Positions 39,853 to 49,629 of a DNA stretch of 64,000 nucleotides are shown one piece after another. A program made the translations under genes and the position numbers. Origin of the DNA: an uncultured candidate division Zixibacteria bacterium (GTDB lineage Bacteria; Zixibacteria; MSB-5A5; GN15; FEB-12); the NCBI GenBank assembly GCA_963806185.1, contig CAWDXE010000007.1, positions 768,001 through 832,000 of the forward strand. The letters run 5' to 3'. Position 1 is the stretch's first letter. Each line of letters starts with the position of its first letter. The notes beneath the pieces are model-generated. The model saw nothing but the letters and a program-made list of their open reading frames with translations. It was not told the DNA's origin and searched no databases.

Positions 39853-40401
39853 ATGCCTCAATCTATCGCACAACTCTGGTCAGGCATTCTGGATGGCAAT
39901 CCGCGCTCGTGGGAGGAGATGGTCCGCCGCTTCAATCCGCTGGTTGTCGCCGCCGCTCGGGCTCACGGTCTTGCGGCGGTGGATTTGGAGGATTGTGCCC
40001 AGCAGACCTGGTTGGCCCTCTACACCGGCCGGGCACACATCAATGATCCCCTGGCCATACCGACATGGCTCGTCACCGTCGCCAAACGCAAAGCGCAACG
40101 CCTGCAAATAAGACAGAAGGCCGGAACCACCGCAGAACAGGAATTCAACCCGGAAGCCAACAGCGTCTCACCCGAAGATTTATATGTCAAGGCGCTCGAG
40201 GCGGCACGCCTCCATATCGCCCTCGAGCTGTTGGACAGCCGCTGTGCCCGCCTGCTCAAGCGATTGTTTCTGGCATCGGAAGAATATACGTACCAGGAAA
40301 TTGCCGAAGAATTACGGATCGCGCCCAACAGCCTCGGCCCAATCCGCTCCCGCTGTCTGGCCCGGTTGCGCAAAATCCTGAGTGAACTTGATCACGGATA
40401 G
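39853..40401 (+). CDS. ECF RNA polymerase sigma factor
   Basis: 182 aa. Region 2 (W..MV.RF..LV, EDCAQQTW, WLVTVAKR) and region 4 (YQEIAEEL...SLGPIRSRCL.RLR). Confidence 0.9.
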   Translation: MPQSIAQLWSGILDGNPRSWEEMVRRFNPLVVAAARAHGLAAVDLEDCAQQTWLALYTGRAHINDPLAIPTWLVTVAKRKAQRLQIRQKAGTTAEQEFNPEANSVSPEDLYVKALEAARLHIALELLDSRCARLLKRLFLASEEYTYQEIAEELRIAPNSLGPIRSRCLARLRKILSELDHG

Positions 40402-40491
40402 TACTAACTCCCTTTGAGCCGGTACTTATTGAATGACTGGCCTGATCGCATACGACGGTCCGAGCCACGCCCGCGAAACGAGACCTGATTT

Positions 40492-41055
40492 ATGACAAAT
40501 GCCACCAAACATCCCTCGAGACAGGCGCTTCACCGTCACCTGCAAGTTGCCGAATCCAGCATCTCCCGGCATCTGAAAAGTTGCGAAGACTGCCGACTAA
40601 TTGTCCACTCAATGCGCCACCTTATGGCTGTTGACGATCAGGCGGCCGACCGGGCCCGCCGGGAGTCTCTGGTGCAAAGCATCTTGAGTGTGCCGGCACT
40701 CTCCGCTCCTCCGGCAGGCCGCCCGCGCCTCGCTCCAATTGTGCGGGATTCGTGGCAATCCGCCATGGTTGCCCAATTGCGTCACGCCGCTCACGGGGTA
40801 GAAAGACGCCTGAGATTCCACGTCGGCGACATTACCGTCGACCTCGTCGCCGATCGTCTCGGCGACAAGTGGAACTGCTCTATGCGCATCAGCCGCCGGG
40901 GACGGTCCGTCTCTCAATTCGCGGCCAGCCTCGGCAAGCGGAAGATGCTGCCGGTCGACGTCGGCTTCTTCTCCTGGGTGGCCAAACGCCCGCCTAAGCA
41001 AATTCGACTATGGTCTTCCGATTCGAAAATCCTCCTGGAGACCATACCGTGGTAG
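40492..41055 (+). CDS. Putative soluble zinc-finger (ZAS) anti-sigma factor
   Basis: HLKSCEDC = Hx3Cx2C at 40570-40593; no TM helix; directly downstream of the ECF sigma. Confidence 0.7.
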   Translation: MTNATKHPSRQALHRHLQVAESSISRHLKSCEDCRLIVHSMRHLMAVDDQAADRARRESLVQSILSVPALSAPPAGRPRLAPIVRDSWQSAMVAQLRHAAHGVERRLRFHVGDITVDLVADRLGDKWNCSMRISRRGRSVSQFAASLGKRKMLPVDVGFFSWVAKRPPKQIRLWSSDSKILLETIPW

Positions 41056-43820
41056 CCTCACGCCCAAAGCTCAGTCTGGCTGCCCGGCGCTTCCTGGACG
41101 GCGGGGGAATCCCGTCCGATCCATCGGCCATGATCCGGGAATGCGACACTTATGTCCGGAAATACACCCAGGTTGACCTGGTCAAAGCCAGAACCCTGGC
41201 CCACCAGTTTGTTCTCCGAACCCGCACCCTGCCACCAGCCGACCGGGCCACCGCACTCCGCGCCCTTGGTTGGACCTGCCAAGTGGGTGCCGCCTATCGG
41301 GAAGCCGAATCCGCTTACCTCAAAGCCCGCAAGCTGGCTGGAAACGACACCGATCTGCGCGCTCGTATCGACCGCATTCTCATCGATGTATATATGTATC
41401 TGGGCGACTACCGCGAAGCCGTCCGTCGGGCGCGCATCGCCATCGCCGCTTTTCGCCGTTTGCACGACCGCGACGGAGAAGCCAAGACCCTCGTTAATCT
41501 CGCCAACGTGTTCCATCGTCAGGATCGGCACGTCGATGCCCTGCGGCTGTATCGAAAAGCCGCCCGGCACTACGAAAATACAAGTGACAAGCTCACCTTG
41601 GGTGTGTGCAGCTACAATTGTGCCAACTGTCTGGTGCAGTTGCTCCAGTTTGACGAGGCCGATGCTCTCTATCGGAGCGCCGAACGGCTGTTTGGCGAGG
41701 TCGAGTATGGCCTCTATGTCAACGAGGCCAGATACGGCCGCGCCTGGTTGGATAAGCTCCGGGGCAATTATCACCTCTCCCTCCGCGCCCTCGCCGAATG
41801 CGAGGAGGAATATCGAAAGATTGGTCAGCCGAAGGGGGTGACGCTCTGCCAGCTCGATCGTGCCGAAGTCATGCTCGAATTGCAGCTCCTCTCTGATGCC
41901 CGGGCCCTTGCTAAAGATGCCGAAAAAAGCGCTCGAAAACTCAAGATTCAGTATGAGGCTGCCAAAGCCGCGCTCTTCCTGGCGAAAGCTGCCTTCGGCC
42001 TCGGGGCAAATCGCGAGGCACAGGAGGCTCTCAGGCGCGCCCGCATTGGCTTTGAATCGGTTAAGAACGATACCATGGTCGGTGTCAGTCGATTCTATGA
42101 CGCCCTGTATCACGACGGTGAATCCAGCCTGGCTGAACTCGACTCGACTCGACGGCTGTTCCATTCCGCCCAATTGCCCCTCTGGCAGGCGGTGTGTGAT
42201 CTGACGTCAATGGCCATACGCGCGCCCCGATATGATGCGGCTACCCTTCAACGATTGGCGAAAAATCCCGCCGTTTCCTCCGTCCCGCACCTCTACGCAG
42301 GATGGAAAACACTTCTGGGTGATCGTTCGCTGAGTCGCCACGACCTCACCGGCGCCAAGCGCAACTGGACCCGGGCGGCCGATGCGCTTGATAAAATGCG
42401 GGCCAAACTCCCGCCCGTTGACATGCGTCAAACCCTGACCGAAAAAAGCCTGGATCCGTACAAGCGTATGTTTGGCCACGAAATGACTCGCCACCCCGAG
42501 GCGGCCGCCATTTGGTCCGAACGAAGCAAGATTGCGGGCATCTGGACATACGATCAATCGGCCGACCTCCCCGACGCTCGACGCAAAGTCGCCGACCGTC
42601 TGGCCGAATTGGCCCAACATGTCACGGCGCTCTCGTCATCGCTCGAACGAACCAGGGGAGAGGCGGCCGGCCAACTCTGGCCGACCGACAATCGATTCTG
42701 CCGACTGCAGGCTGAAATCAGACGTGACCTTCTGGCCGCGCACGAAAGCGACTTTTCCGTTGCCGGTACGCATAACACAATCAGGGATACCATCCGCGAT
42801 GCCTCAACGGTCAATCCTCTGGTGCAATTCCACATGGACGATGATCGACTGGTGGCCTTTGTCCATCAGCGAGGTGTCACTCGCACACACATCTACCCTG
42901 ACTCGCAGCGTATGCTGACCCGCTTTCTCGGTCAGTGGAATGTTCTGCTCATCAATACTGTCGCCCGGGGGCAACGGCAGCGTCTGGCCGACCGGGACGA
43001 GGAGACCCGCCTGCTAACCATGCTCGGCGACTGGCTCTGGAGACCGCTTGAGCTACCCTTGGATTGCCCACAAGTCACCATTATTCCAACCGGCGAGATG
43101 GCCAGTCTGCCTTGGTCAGCCATGATTGTCGATGGCTCTGCACTCATCGATCGTCATCGCTTCACCCTGGCTCCCAGTATCAGCCATTTTGCGGCTTCCG
43201 CCCGGTTTAGAATTACCAGCCGCTCAGCCCGAATCTTTGTGGGCGATACCAGCGGCCTCAAGTATGTCGCCGATGAACTCTCCGCCGTGTCACCGCTCCC
43301 CGCTGTCGACCTCGACGTCTGTCGACCATGCCTCCGGGAGAACTGGCCCCTGTCCGGAGAACATCTGCTCTGGCACTACATCGGCCACGCGCAATTTCGC
43401 GGCGATAATCCGTTTTATTCTTCACTCCTGCTGGAAGACGGCCCGATCTTCGCGGCCGATTTCCGACTGCGTTCCTGTCGGGTCGGCCTGGTCACCCTGG
43501 CCGCCTGCCGTACCGGCGTGCAATCGTCCGTGCCCGCCTACGAATCGACCGGCCTGGTACGGTCCCTCCTTGAAATGGGAGCGCAAAACGTCCTCGCCAG
43601 CCACTGGTCGGTGGGTGACCGCCCCACCGCCGACTGGATGAGGACCTTCTATGCTTTACTTGGCAACGGCCATACCCTGTTGGACTCCACACGCCTCACC
43701 ATTCAACGCATGCGCGAGATGTACCCGTCGGCCGGACAATGGGCCGCGTTTTCCCTGTTTGGTGCCGGTCGTGATGCCTGGGATAAGAATTTCTTCAAAA
43801 GAGATATGAGGAGAATGTGA
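41049..43820 (+). CDS. TPR-CHAT (caspase/separase-like clan CD) protease
   Basis: N-terminal TPR repeats; [18 protein letters not shown] (His 43386); [18 protein letters not shown] (Cys 43506); [16 protein letters not shown]. Probable GTG start overlapping the upstream stop. Confidence 0.9.
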   Translation: MVASRPKLSLAARRFLDGGGIPSDPSAMIRECDTYVRKYTQVDLVKARTLAHQFVLRTRTLPPADRATALRALGWTCQVGAAYREAESAYLKARKLAGNDTDLRARIDRILIDVYMYLGDYREAVRRARIAIAAFRRLHDRDGEAKTLVNLANVFHRQDRHVDALRLYRKAARHYENTSDKLTLGVCSYNCANCLVQLLQFDEADALYRSAERLFGEVEYGLYVNEARYGRAWLDKLRGNYHLSLRALAECEEEYRKIGQPKGVTLCQLDRAEVMLELQLLSDARALAKDAEKSARKLKIQYEAAKAALFLAKAAFGLGANREAQEALRRARIGFESVKNDTMVGVSRFYDALYHDGESSLAELDSTRRLFHSAQLPLWQAVCDLTSMAIRAPRYDAATLQRLAKNPAVSSVPHLYAGWKTLLGDRSLSRHDLTGAKRNWTRAADALDKMRAKLPPVDMRQTLTEKSLDPYKRMFGHEMTRHPEAAAIWSERSKIAGIWTYDQSADLPDARRKVADRLAELAQHVTALSSSLERTRGEAAGQLWPTDNRFCRLQAEIRRDLLAAHESDFSVAGTHNTIRDTIRDASTVNPLVQFHMDDDRLVAFVHQRGVTRTHIYPDSQRMLTRFLGQWNVLLINTVARGQRQRLADRDEETRLLTMLGDWLWRPLELPLDCPQVTIIPTGEMASLPWSAMIVDGSALIDRHRFTLAPSISHFAASARFRITSRSARIFVGDTSGLKYVADELSAVSPLPAVDLDVCRPCLRENWPLSGEHLLWHYIGHAQFRGDNPFYSSLLLEDGPIFAADFRLRSCRVGLVTLAACRTGVQSSVPAYESTGLVRSLLEMGAQNVLASHWSVGDRPTADWMRTFYALLGNGHTLLDSTRLTIQRMREMYPSAGQWAAFSLFGAGRDAWDKNFFKRDMRRM

Positions 43821-43822
43821 TC

Positions 43823-46800
43823 ATGCGTGCCAATCGATCAGTCAGTTGGTTGATCCCTCTGCTGGTGTTGCTTCTGGCGGCTACGGGAACGACCGGGGAG
43901 CACAATCCCTTTATCGTTGGACAACTGGTACTCAAGATGTTATCGGGCGGAGACGTCAACGCTCTGGCTCAGCAGTACAATCTGGACCTTCGACAACATT
44001 TGCCCCAAATTGACGTCTACCAGGTAGACGCAACGCCGGGTGCCGACCTCGATTCACTGTCGGCAGTGATCTCGGCGCAATCCGACGTCGAGTTCTGCCA
44101 TCCCAACTATGTGCTGGATCCACTGCGATCCGTGCAGAGCAGCCTGCCGATCTCCGACGACAAAGCCTTGCCTGACTATGAATCGCAGGGGTCGGTGAGT
44201 CGTCTCCAATTGACCGAGGTACATACTCTCACCACCGGTCAGGGAGTCAAGGTCGCCATTCTTGACGGCGGCGCCGAATTCTCCCATCCATTGATTTCCG
44301 GGGTCGTTCTTTCCGGCTATGATTATGTTGATGACGACGCCGACGCGTCCGACGTACCCGGCGGCAACAACTACGGCCACGGTACCTTCGTCGCCGGTAT
44401 CGTGCATCTCGTGGCCCCCGACGCACAAATCGTCGTCTACCGCGTCAGTGACCCCCAAGGCGAAGGGAATGGGTATATCGTCGCCGAGGCCCTCCTTCAG
44501 GCCGTTGCTGACGGCTGCAAGATTATCAACATGAGCATGGTCGTGCATGGATACCACATGGCTATCGCCAAGGCTGTCGAGTACGCCCGCGATCACAATG
44601 TCCTGGTCGTGGTCGCCGCCGGCAATGATCAGGAAAATCAAGGTGTTTTCCCGGCCGATCATCCGGACGTACTTTCGGTTCTGGCCGTCGACACGGCCGA
44701 TCACCTGTCCACTTTCTCAAATTACGGCAGCCATATCGACATCGCCGCCCCCGGCGAGCTGGTGGTAGGGCCTTACCACAGCGGTAAGTATGCGTTGTGG
44801 GGTGGAACGAGCTTTGCCGCGCCGTTCGTCGCCGGACAAGCGGCGTTGATCCTGTCGCTTGTGCCAAACATTCCCTGGAACAACCTCTTCCAGACCATCG
44901 TCAATTCCGCGGTCAATATCGATCTTAACAACCAGGGGTACGAGGGTCAACTGGGAAGCGGCCTGACCAATCCGCTCGGTTCGGTACAACAGGTCGAGCC
45001 TACCGACCTCCTGCACTTCGTGTGCTGGCCGGTGAGCAGCGGGGGAAATGGGCACTGGTATGGTGCGATCCCCGACCTGTTAAATTGGGACTCTGCCCGT
45101 CAACGGGCTACCACATACTCGTACGGGGGGTTCACGGGCCATCTCGCCACAGTCAATACGCCCGCCGAGAATAATTTCATCTATCAGCAGGTAATGGTCG
45201 GACTGACGCCAGGGTCGGTCCTTGAACAATACTTCCTCGGATCCCGGCTGGTCAACGGCCAGCGAACCTGGATAACCGGTGAGCCGTTCACGTATTCCAA
45301 TTGGGCGCCGGGAGAACCTGGTGGCGGCTTCAGCGAACCAGGATCTGCGATGTGGGGAAGCACGAATACTGCCGCCAATCGGACCCCCGGTACCTGGAAT
45401 GACGTCGCCATCGACCAAACATCCAGCAATTATCTCTATTTGGGGATAGTTGAATTCGGCGACACAGTTGACACCGACCCATTTGATTCCAGTGCTGTTT
45501 GCGGTAATGTCAACATGGATTTGCTCGGCCTGGTGGACACGGCCGACGTCTCAGCGCTCATGTCCTACCTCCACAAGGACTTGTCACTTAGTATCTCGCC
45601 AACAGCCGCTAATGTCGACTTGAGTGTGAACCTCGATAACAATGACGTCGTCGTGCTGGCCGATCATGTATACGGCGCCCACAATCCGCTGACGTGCGCG
45701 CCGACCTTCGTCGGTAACTACCCCCAGAACACTGCTGACGTGATCACGATCAGCCCCCTGACCATCACTCCGCCGTATGCGGCAAGGGTTGTTGCCGAAG
45801 TCACGTTCACTGCCAGCGAACCGTTCCGGGGTCTTTCCTTCACCTTTGAATACGGGTCTTACGGCAACTACGGATACCTCTCGAGCATCACGCTGCATGA
45901 TTCCGCCGACCAATGCATGACCGGAATCTTCCCGAACACCCACAACGGCGCGATTGCCCTGCTGGAACAAGACACCGACTTACCCGCCGGTGAATACCAC
46001 ATTGCCACGCTGGTCTTTGACAACGTCGTAGGGCCCTCACCGCAAATATTCCTCGATACGACCACCCTCAGCCGTGGCGCTCGAGTCGTGGTTTCTCGGC
46101 AAGGCGGACTCGTGTCTACAATTCCGGAGATCCTCGGCCGCAATCCTGGTTTCGACCTCGACGGTGACGGTGTCCCGGACGCTACCGACAACTGCGCGGT
46201 AAGAGCCAACCCGGATCAGCTTGACGGCGATAACGATGGGGTCGGTGATGCCTGCGATCCCGACTTCGTCTGTGGCAACATCGACTGTGATTTGACGCTC
46301 GACCTCAGCGACCTTGCTAGATATATCGATTACCTGCATTTCGGAGGTCCCTCCGACATATGTGAATCGGTGGCTGACCTCGATCAGTACGTCGGCCTCA
46401 CGAACAATGACATTGTCGCTTTCATTCGCTGGATTTTTGTCACCTTCGAACCCCTGCAGTGTTCGCCTACTCTCCTGGGTTCATTTCCGGTCGACCCCGG
46501 CGATATCCTGACGATTGGTGATCTTAACGTTCCGCCGAATACACCGACGTGGGATGTGCCACTCATGTTCACCGCCAGTGCTCCATTCGACGCCCTCGCC
46601 TTCCCCTTTGTCTACTCCTCAACCGGAGATCAAGCCGTCCTGTCTTCAGTCACGGTAGTTATGGGAGACCAAATGGAAGTTGGCCGGGCGTTCCCCGCCA
46701 CCCATTCCGGAACCGTTGCCTTCTCTTCGTTTCAAAATGACTTTGCTGCGGGGTCATATCTCATCGGGACGCTCCATTTCACCAATACGAGCTCACCCAC

Positions 46801-48682
46801 CGGCATGCAGATCACGCTCGACTCGACCACCAATTCTCGCGGGAGCACAACGGTGGTGTCGCGCGATTGGGGAGTGCTGCCAAGCATTCCGTCACTGCGG
46901 GCCTACGACCCGACACTTGACTGGGACGGCGATGGTGTCGGCGGGACGACGGACAACTGCCCTTTGGTCGCCAACCCGGATCAATCCGATCGGGATCATG
47001 ACGGCGTCGGCGATGCCTGCGACGAATGCCCGGATCTCGTCAACCCCTGCGCCGTTGTCTGCGGACTCACGGGCGACGTTACGCTCGACGGCAACGTCAA
47101 CATCGGCGATCTCACCTATCTGGCCGACTACCTCTATCTCGGTGGTCCTGCCCCGGTGAATCCGCTTACTGCCGACTGTGACAATGTGGCCGGCATAACA
47201 CCTCGCGACCTCGTGGTGCTCAACGGGTACCTCTTCGCGCACACCACGACACTATCCTGCCCGCCGAGTTCCGCGACCTATCCGCCAACCGATCCTTCGA
47301 TCGTCCTGCGACTGCCCAGCCTGCTTCCTGCGGGTGTGTCGCAGCTCGCCTGTCCGCTCTGGCTGGAGGCGCCGGTTGACGTCGTGTCCTTCAATCTCCC
47401 GCTCCAGGTGCGCGTGGGCGATGAAGTACCGGTTATCGATTCCTTCGTGCAATCGCCCTTCTTCAAAGCAACGACCGCGTGGATCATGAAGCCGGAGGAT
47501 CTGTTTTCGACCAAAGCCGACTCCGGAATCGCCCTGATTGCCGGTTCAACCGCCATGGTATCCGACCTGTCCTTGCCGGCCGGAAGCAATTTGCTTGGCA
47601 CCCTTTATATCACGGTCACGGCGAACGACAGTGATCGCACCGTCTCCGGTTCCTGGGGCCTCATGTACCCGCAGCATCCGCTGCCCGTTAGCTATCCCGA
47701 GGTCGGCTTGTTGCCGCAGATCGTGGGCAAAGGGGGACCATCGTTGGCCAAGCCGCTTGACCAGCTCGCCGTCATCTACACGCAATATACGCCGACGCTG
47801 ATCGAGGATCCCGGCTGCTGCCTCGGCATCAGAGGCAACGTCGATTGCGACCCGGCTGACAACATCGACATCGGCGACCTTACCTGCTTCATCCAGGGTC
47901 TGTTCCTCTTCGGCGAGGGTGGAGGATGTATGTGCTGCCTTGAAGAGGCCGACGTGAACAGGGACAACGGCGTTGACATCGCCGATCTTACCGACCTGAT
48001 ATGCTACCTCTTCTTGGACTGTGATCCTCCGCCGTCCTGTGGACCCGTCGCTCTCGGACTTGTCCCGGCTGCGAAAGTGCAGGCTGGCGTGACAATCAAC
48101 ACCGAATATGCCGACGGCAAGACCACCGTAACTCTTTCCTCCGACGTCGATCTCCTCGGTGTTCAACTCACACTTCCCGGTTCGTCGCTCGGCAAAGCGC
48201 AATCACGATCGCCGGAGGGCATGGAACTCTACCAGGGCACTTGGGACAATAGGACGCACATTGGATTATTGGATATGGAGGGAAAGCTCTCCTGGAGCCC
48301 AGGCAATCACACGCTGCTGGTCATCGACGGTGAGGCGACGATTACCGAAGCTATTGTGGCCGATCTGAATCACCATTCCTGGACCGCCGAGACTTCTTCC
48401 TCCAGGTCGTCGGTGCCGGCAACATTCTCATTGGCGCAGAACCACCCCAATCCGTTTAACCCGGCAACGACCATTGAGTTCAGTATTCCCAAACCCGCGC
48501 ACGTTGAACTGTCCGTGTACAACGTGAGCGGGCAATTGGTCGCCGTGCTCGTCGATCGGGAACTGCCGGCCGGCGCCCAGTCACTCGATTGGAACGCTTC
48601 CGCGCTCGCGAGCGGTGTGTACGTCTATCGCCTGACCACGCGCGATTATTCGGCGACGCGCAAGATGATTCTGCTCAAATAA
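43823..48682 (+). CDS. Secreted S8 subtilase with C-type lectin, dockerin-like, cohesin-like and TSP3 modules and T9SS-type C-terminal domain
   Basis: GAGGAG SD and signal peptide. Triad VAILDGG / HGTFVAG / GTSFAAP; lectin ([17 protein letters not shown]); four GN/GD.D...D..D EF-hand pairs; C-terminal [15 protein letters not shown]...ASGVYVYRL...KMILLK. Confidence 0.9.
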   Translation: MRANRSVSWLIPLLVLLLAATGTTGEHNPFIVGQLVLKMLSGGDVNALAQQYNLDLRQHLPQIDVYQVDATPGADLDSLSAVISAQSDVEFCHPNYVLDPLRSVQSSLPISDDKALPDYESQGSVSRLQLTEVHTLTTGQGVKVAILDGGAEFSHPLISGVVLSGYDYVDDDADASDVPGGNNYGHGTFVAGIVHLVAPDAQIVVYRVSDPQGEGNGYIVAEALLQAVADGCKIINMSMVVHGYHMAIAKAVEYARDHNVLVVVAAGNDQENQGVFPADHPDVLSVLAVDTADHLSTFSNYGSHIDIAAPGELVVGPYHSGKYALWGGTSFAAPFVAGQAALILSLVPNIPWNNLFQTIVNSAVNIDLNNQGYEGQLGSGLTNPLGSVQQVEPTDLLHFVCWPVSSGGNGHWYGAIPDLLNWDSARQRATTYSYGGFTGHLATVNTPAENNFIYQQVMVGLTPGSVLEQYFLGSRLVNGQRTWITGEPFTYSNWAPGEPGGGFSEPGSAMWGSTNTAANRTPGTWNDVAIDQTSSNYLYLGIVEFGDTVDTDPFDSSAVCGNVNMDLLGLVDTADVSALMSYLHKDLSLSISPTAANVDLSVNLDNNDVVVLADHVYGAHNPLTCAPTFVGNYPQNTADVITISPLTITPPYAARVVAEVTFTASEPFRGLSFTFEYGSYGNYGYLSSITLHDSADQCMTGIFPNTHNGAIALLEQDTDLPAGEYHIATLVFDNVVGPSPQIFLDTTTLSRGARVVVSRQGGLVSTIPEILGRNPGFDLDGDGVPDATDNCAVRANPDQLDGDNDGVGDACDPDFVCGNIDCDLTLDLSDLARYIDYLHFGGPSDICESVADLDQYVGLTNNDIVAFIRWIFVTFEPLQCSPTLLGSFPVDPGDILTIGDLNVPPNTPTWDVPLMFTASAPFDALAFPFVYSSTGDQAVLSSVTVVMGDQMEVGRAFPATHSGTVAFSSFQNDFAAGSYLIGTLHFTNTSSPTGMQITLDSTTNSRGSTTVVSRDWGVLPSIPSLRAYDPTLDWDGDGVGGTTDNCPLVANPDQSDRDHDGVGDACDECPDLVNPCAVVCGLTGDVTLDGNVNIGDLTYLADYLYLGGPAPVNPLTADCDNVAGITPRDLVVLNGYLFAHTTTLSCPPSSATYPPTDPSIVLRLPSLLPAGVSQLACPLWLEAPVDVVSFNLPLQVRVGDEVPVIDSFVQSPFFKATTAWIMKPEDLFSTKADSGIALIAGSTAMVSDLSLPAGSNLLGTLYITVTANDSDRTVSGSWGLMYPQHPLPVSYPEVGLLPQIVGKGGPSLAKPLDQLAVIYTQYTPTLIEDPGCCLGIRGNVDCDPADNIDIGDLTCFIQGLFLFGEGGGCMCCLEEADVNRDNGVDIADLTDLICYLFLDCDPPPSCGPVALGLVPAAKVQAGVTINTEYADGKTTVTLSSDVDLLGVQLTLPGSSLGKAQSRSPEGMELYQGTWDNRTHIGLLDMEGKLSWSPGNHTLLVIDGEATITEAIVADLNHHSWTAETSSSRSSVPATFSLAQNHPNPFNPATTIEFSIPKPAHVELSVYNVSGQLVAVLVDRELPAGAQSLDWNASALASGVYVYRLTTRDYSATRKMILLK

Positions 48683-48718
48683 TTGCGAACCCGCAGTCCC
48701 CGGGAAATCGCCCAGCAT

Positions 48719-48756
48719 CCCGGCAGCGATCGTGCCTTTTCGCTGCCGGGGTTTCT
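48719..48756 (+). terminator. Rho-independent terminator after the S8 gene
   Basis: cccggcagcga/tcgctgccggg stem followed by gtttct. Confidence 0.6.
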
Positions 48757-48961
48757 ATAGGTCCTCACCTGCCCCGTCGCTGACCCGACCTCACCGTTTA
48801 AGGGACCTTGCGCCTGCTCTCATTTGTAAAAGCTGGTAACGGTAACTCAGGATCCGGTCGCAGTCGAATTGACCATTGACAAGCGGAATCGCCGCAGCAT
48901 TATTCGCTAGGCATCCGACCGGGCCATTGCACACTGCCCTGCGCTTTCCTTCGAGGAAGAT

Positions 48962-49468
48962 ATGACAGACTCCTCCGACCGTCAGAAAGAAATTACCATC
49001 ATTGACTTCAAGCGTAAATACGCGCGGAATTTTCGGGATATCAATCGCGCGTGGATCGAAGAGTATTTCGAGCTGGAACAATACGATCTCATCATGATCA
49101 ATGATCCGGAGGGCCAGATCATTGCGCATGGCGGCTGCGTGCTGTTTGCCGTCATTGACGGAGATGTTGTGGGCACGTGTGCGTTGCTCAGACATGCCGA
49201 GCGGAAATACGAACTCGCCAAAATGGGCGTGCTGAAGGCATATCACAATCGCGGCGTGGGGAAGAAGCTGGCCGAGGCCGCCATTCAGAAAGCCCGAGCG
49301 CTGGGAGCCGACGTTCTGGTTCTGGCCACGAGTCGGAAGTTGGAAGCGGCCAACCATCTCTATCGAAGTCTGGGCTTTTGCGATGTGGACCTTGCGGAAG
49401 TCGGCCCGCTGCCGTACAAGCGAGAGTCAATCGCGATGCGCCTGAGCTTGGGAGGGCCCGCGAAGTGA
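48962..49468 (+). CDS. GNAT-family N-acetyltransferase
   Basis: VGTCAL, YELAKMGV, RGVGKKL, LYRSLGF. Confidence 0.88.
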   Translation: MTDSSDRQKEITIIDFKRKYARNFRDINRAWIEEYFELEQYDLIMINDPEGQIIAHGGCVLFAVIDGDVVGTCALLRHAERKYELAKMGVLKAYHNRGVGKKLAEAAIQKARALGADVLVLATSRKLEAANHLYRSLGFCDVDLAEVGPLPYKRESIAMRLSLGGPAK

Positions 49469-49482
49469 TCTCGGCAAATCTA

Positions 49483-49566
49483 TGCCGGAGGTCGGACTCG
49501 AACCGACATGTTCTTGCGAACGGGGGATTTTGAGTCCCCTGCGTCTACCAGTTTCACCACTCCGGC
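49483..49566 (-). tRNA. tRNA-Leu (CAA), CCA not encoded
   Basis: Reverse complement GCCGGAGTGGTGAAACTGGTAGACGCAGGGGACTCAAAATCCCCCGTTCGCAAGAACATGTCGGTTCGAGTCCGACCTCCGGCA gives a cloverleaf with long variable arm and anticodon CAA. Confidence 0.96.
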
Positions 49567-49576
49567 AAGAATGCCC

Positions 49577-49605
49577 AAACTATACGCGACCCTTCACCTT
49601 GTCAA
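49577..49605 (-). promoter_or_regulatory. Sigma70 promoter of tRNA-Leu
   Basis: TTGACA-N17-TAGTTT on the minus strand, ending 10 nt upstream of the tRNA. Confidence 0.6.
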
Positions 49606-49629
49606 GATGGGAATTGACCGGACTCCGGC

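Noticed and set aside
41058..42173. 371-aa antisense ORF inside the CHAT gene, and similar long shadow ORFs (e.g. 20288-21010, 56886-57686, 51793-52506)
   Set aside because: They lie antisense to well-supported genes, have no recognisable motifs, and are expected in high-GC DNA.
39853..48682. Calling the module a type III-E CRISPR (Craspase) locus
   Set aside because: There is no Cas7-11, Csx30/31-like gene or repeat array in the window. The similarity is only architectural.
49483..49566. tRNA-Leu as integration site of an island carrying the CHAT/S8 module
   Set aside because: No integrase or transposase, and I saw no duplicate of the tRNA 3' end in the window.
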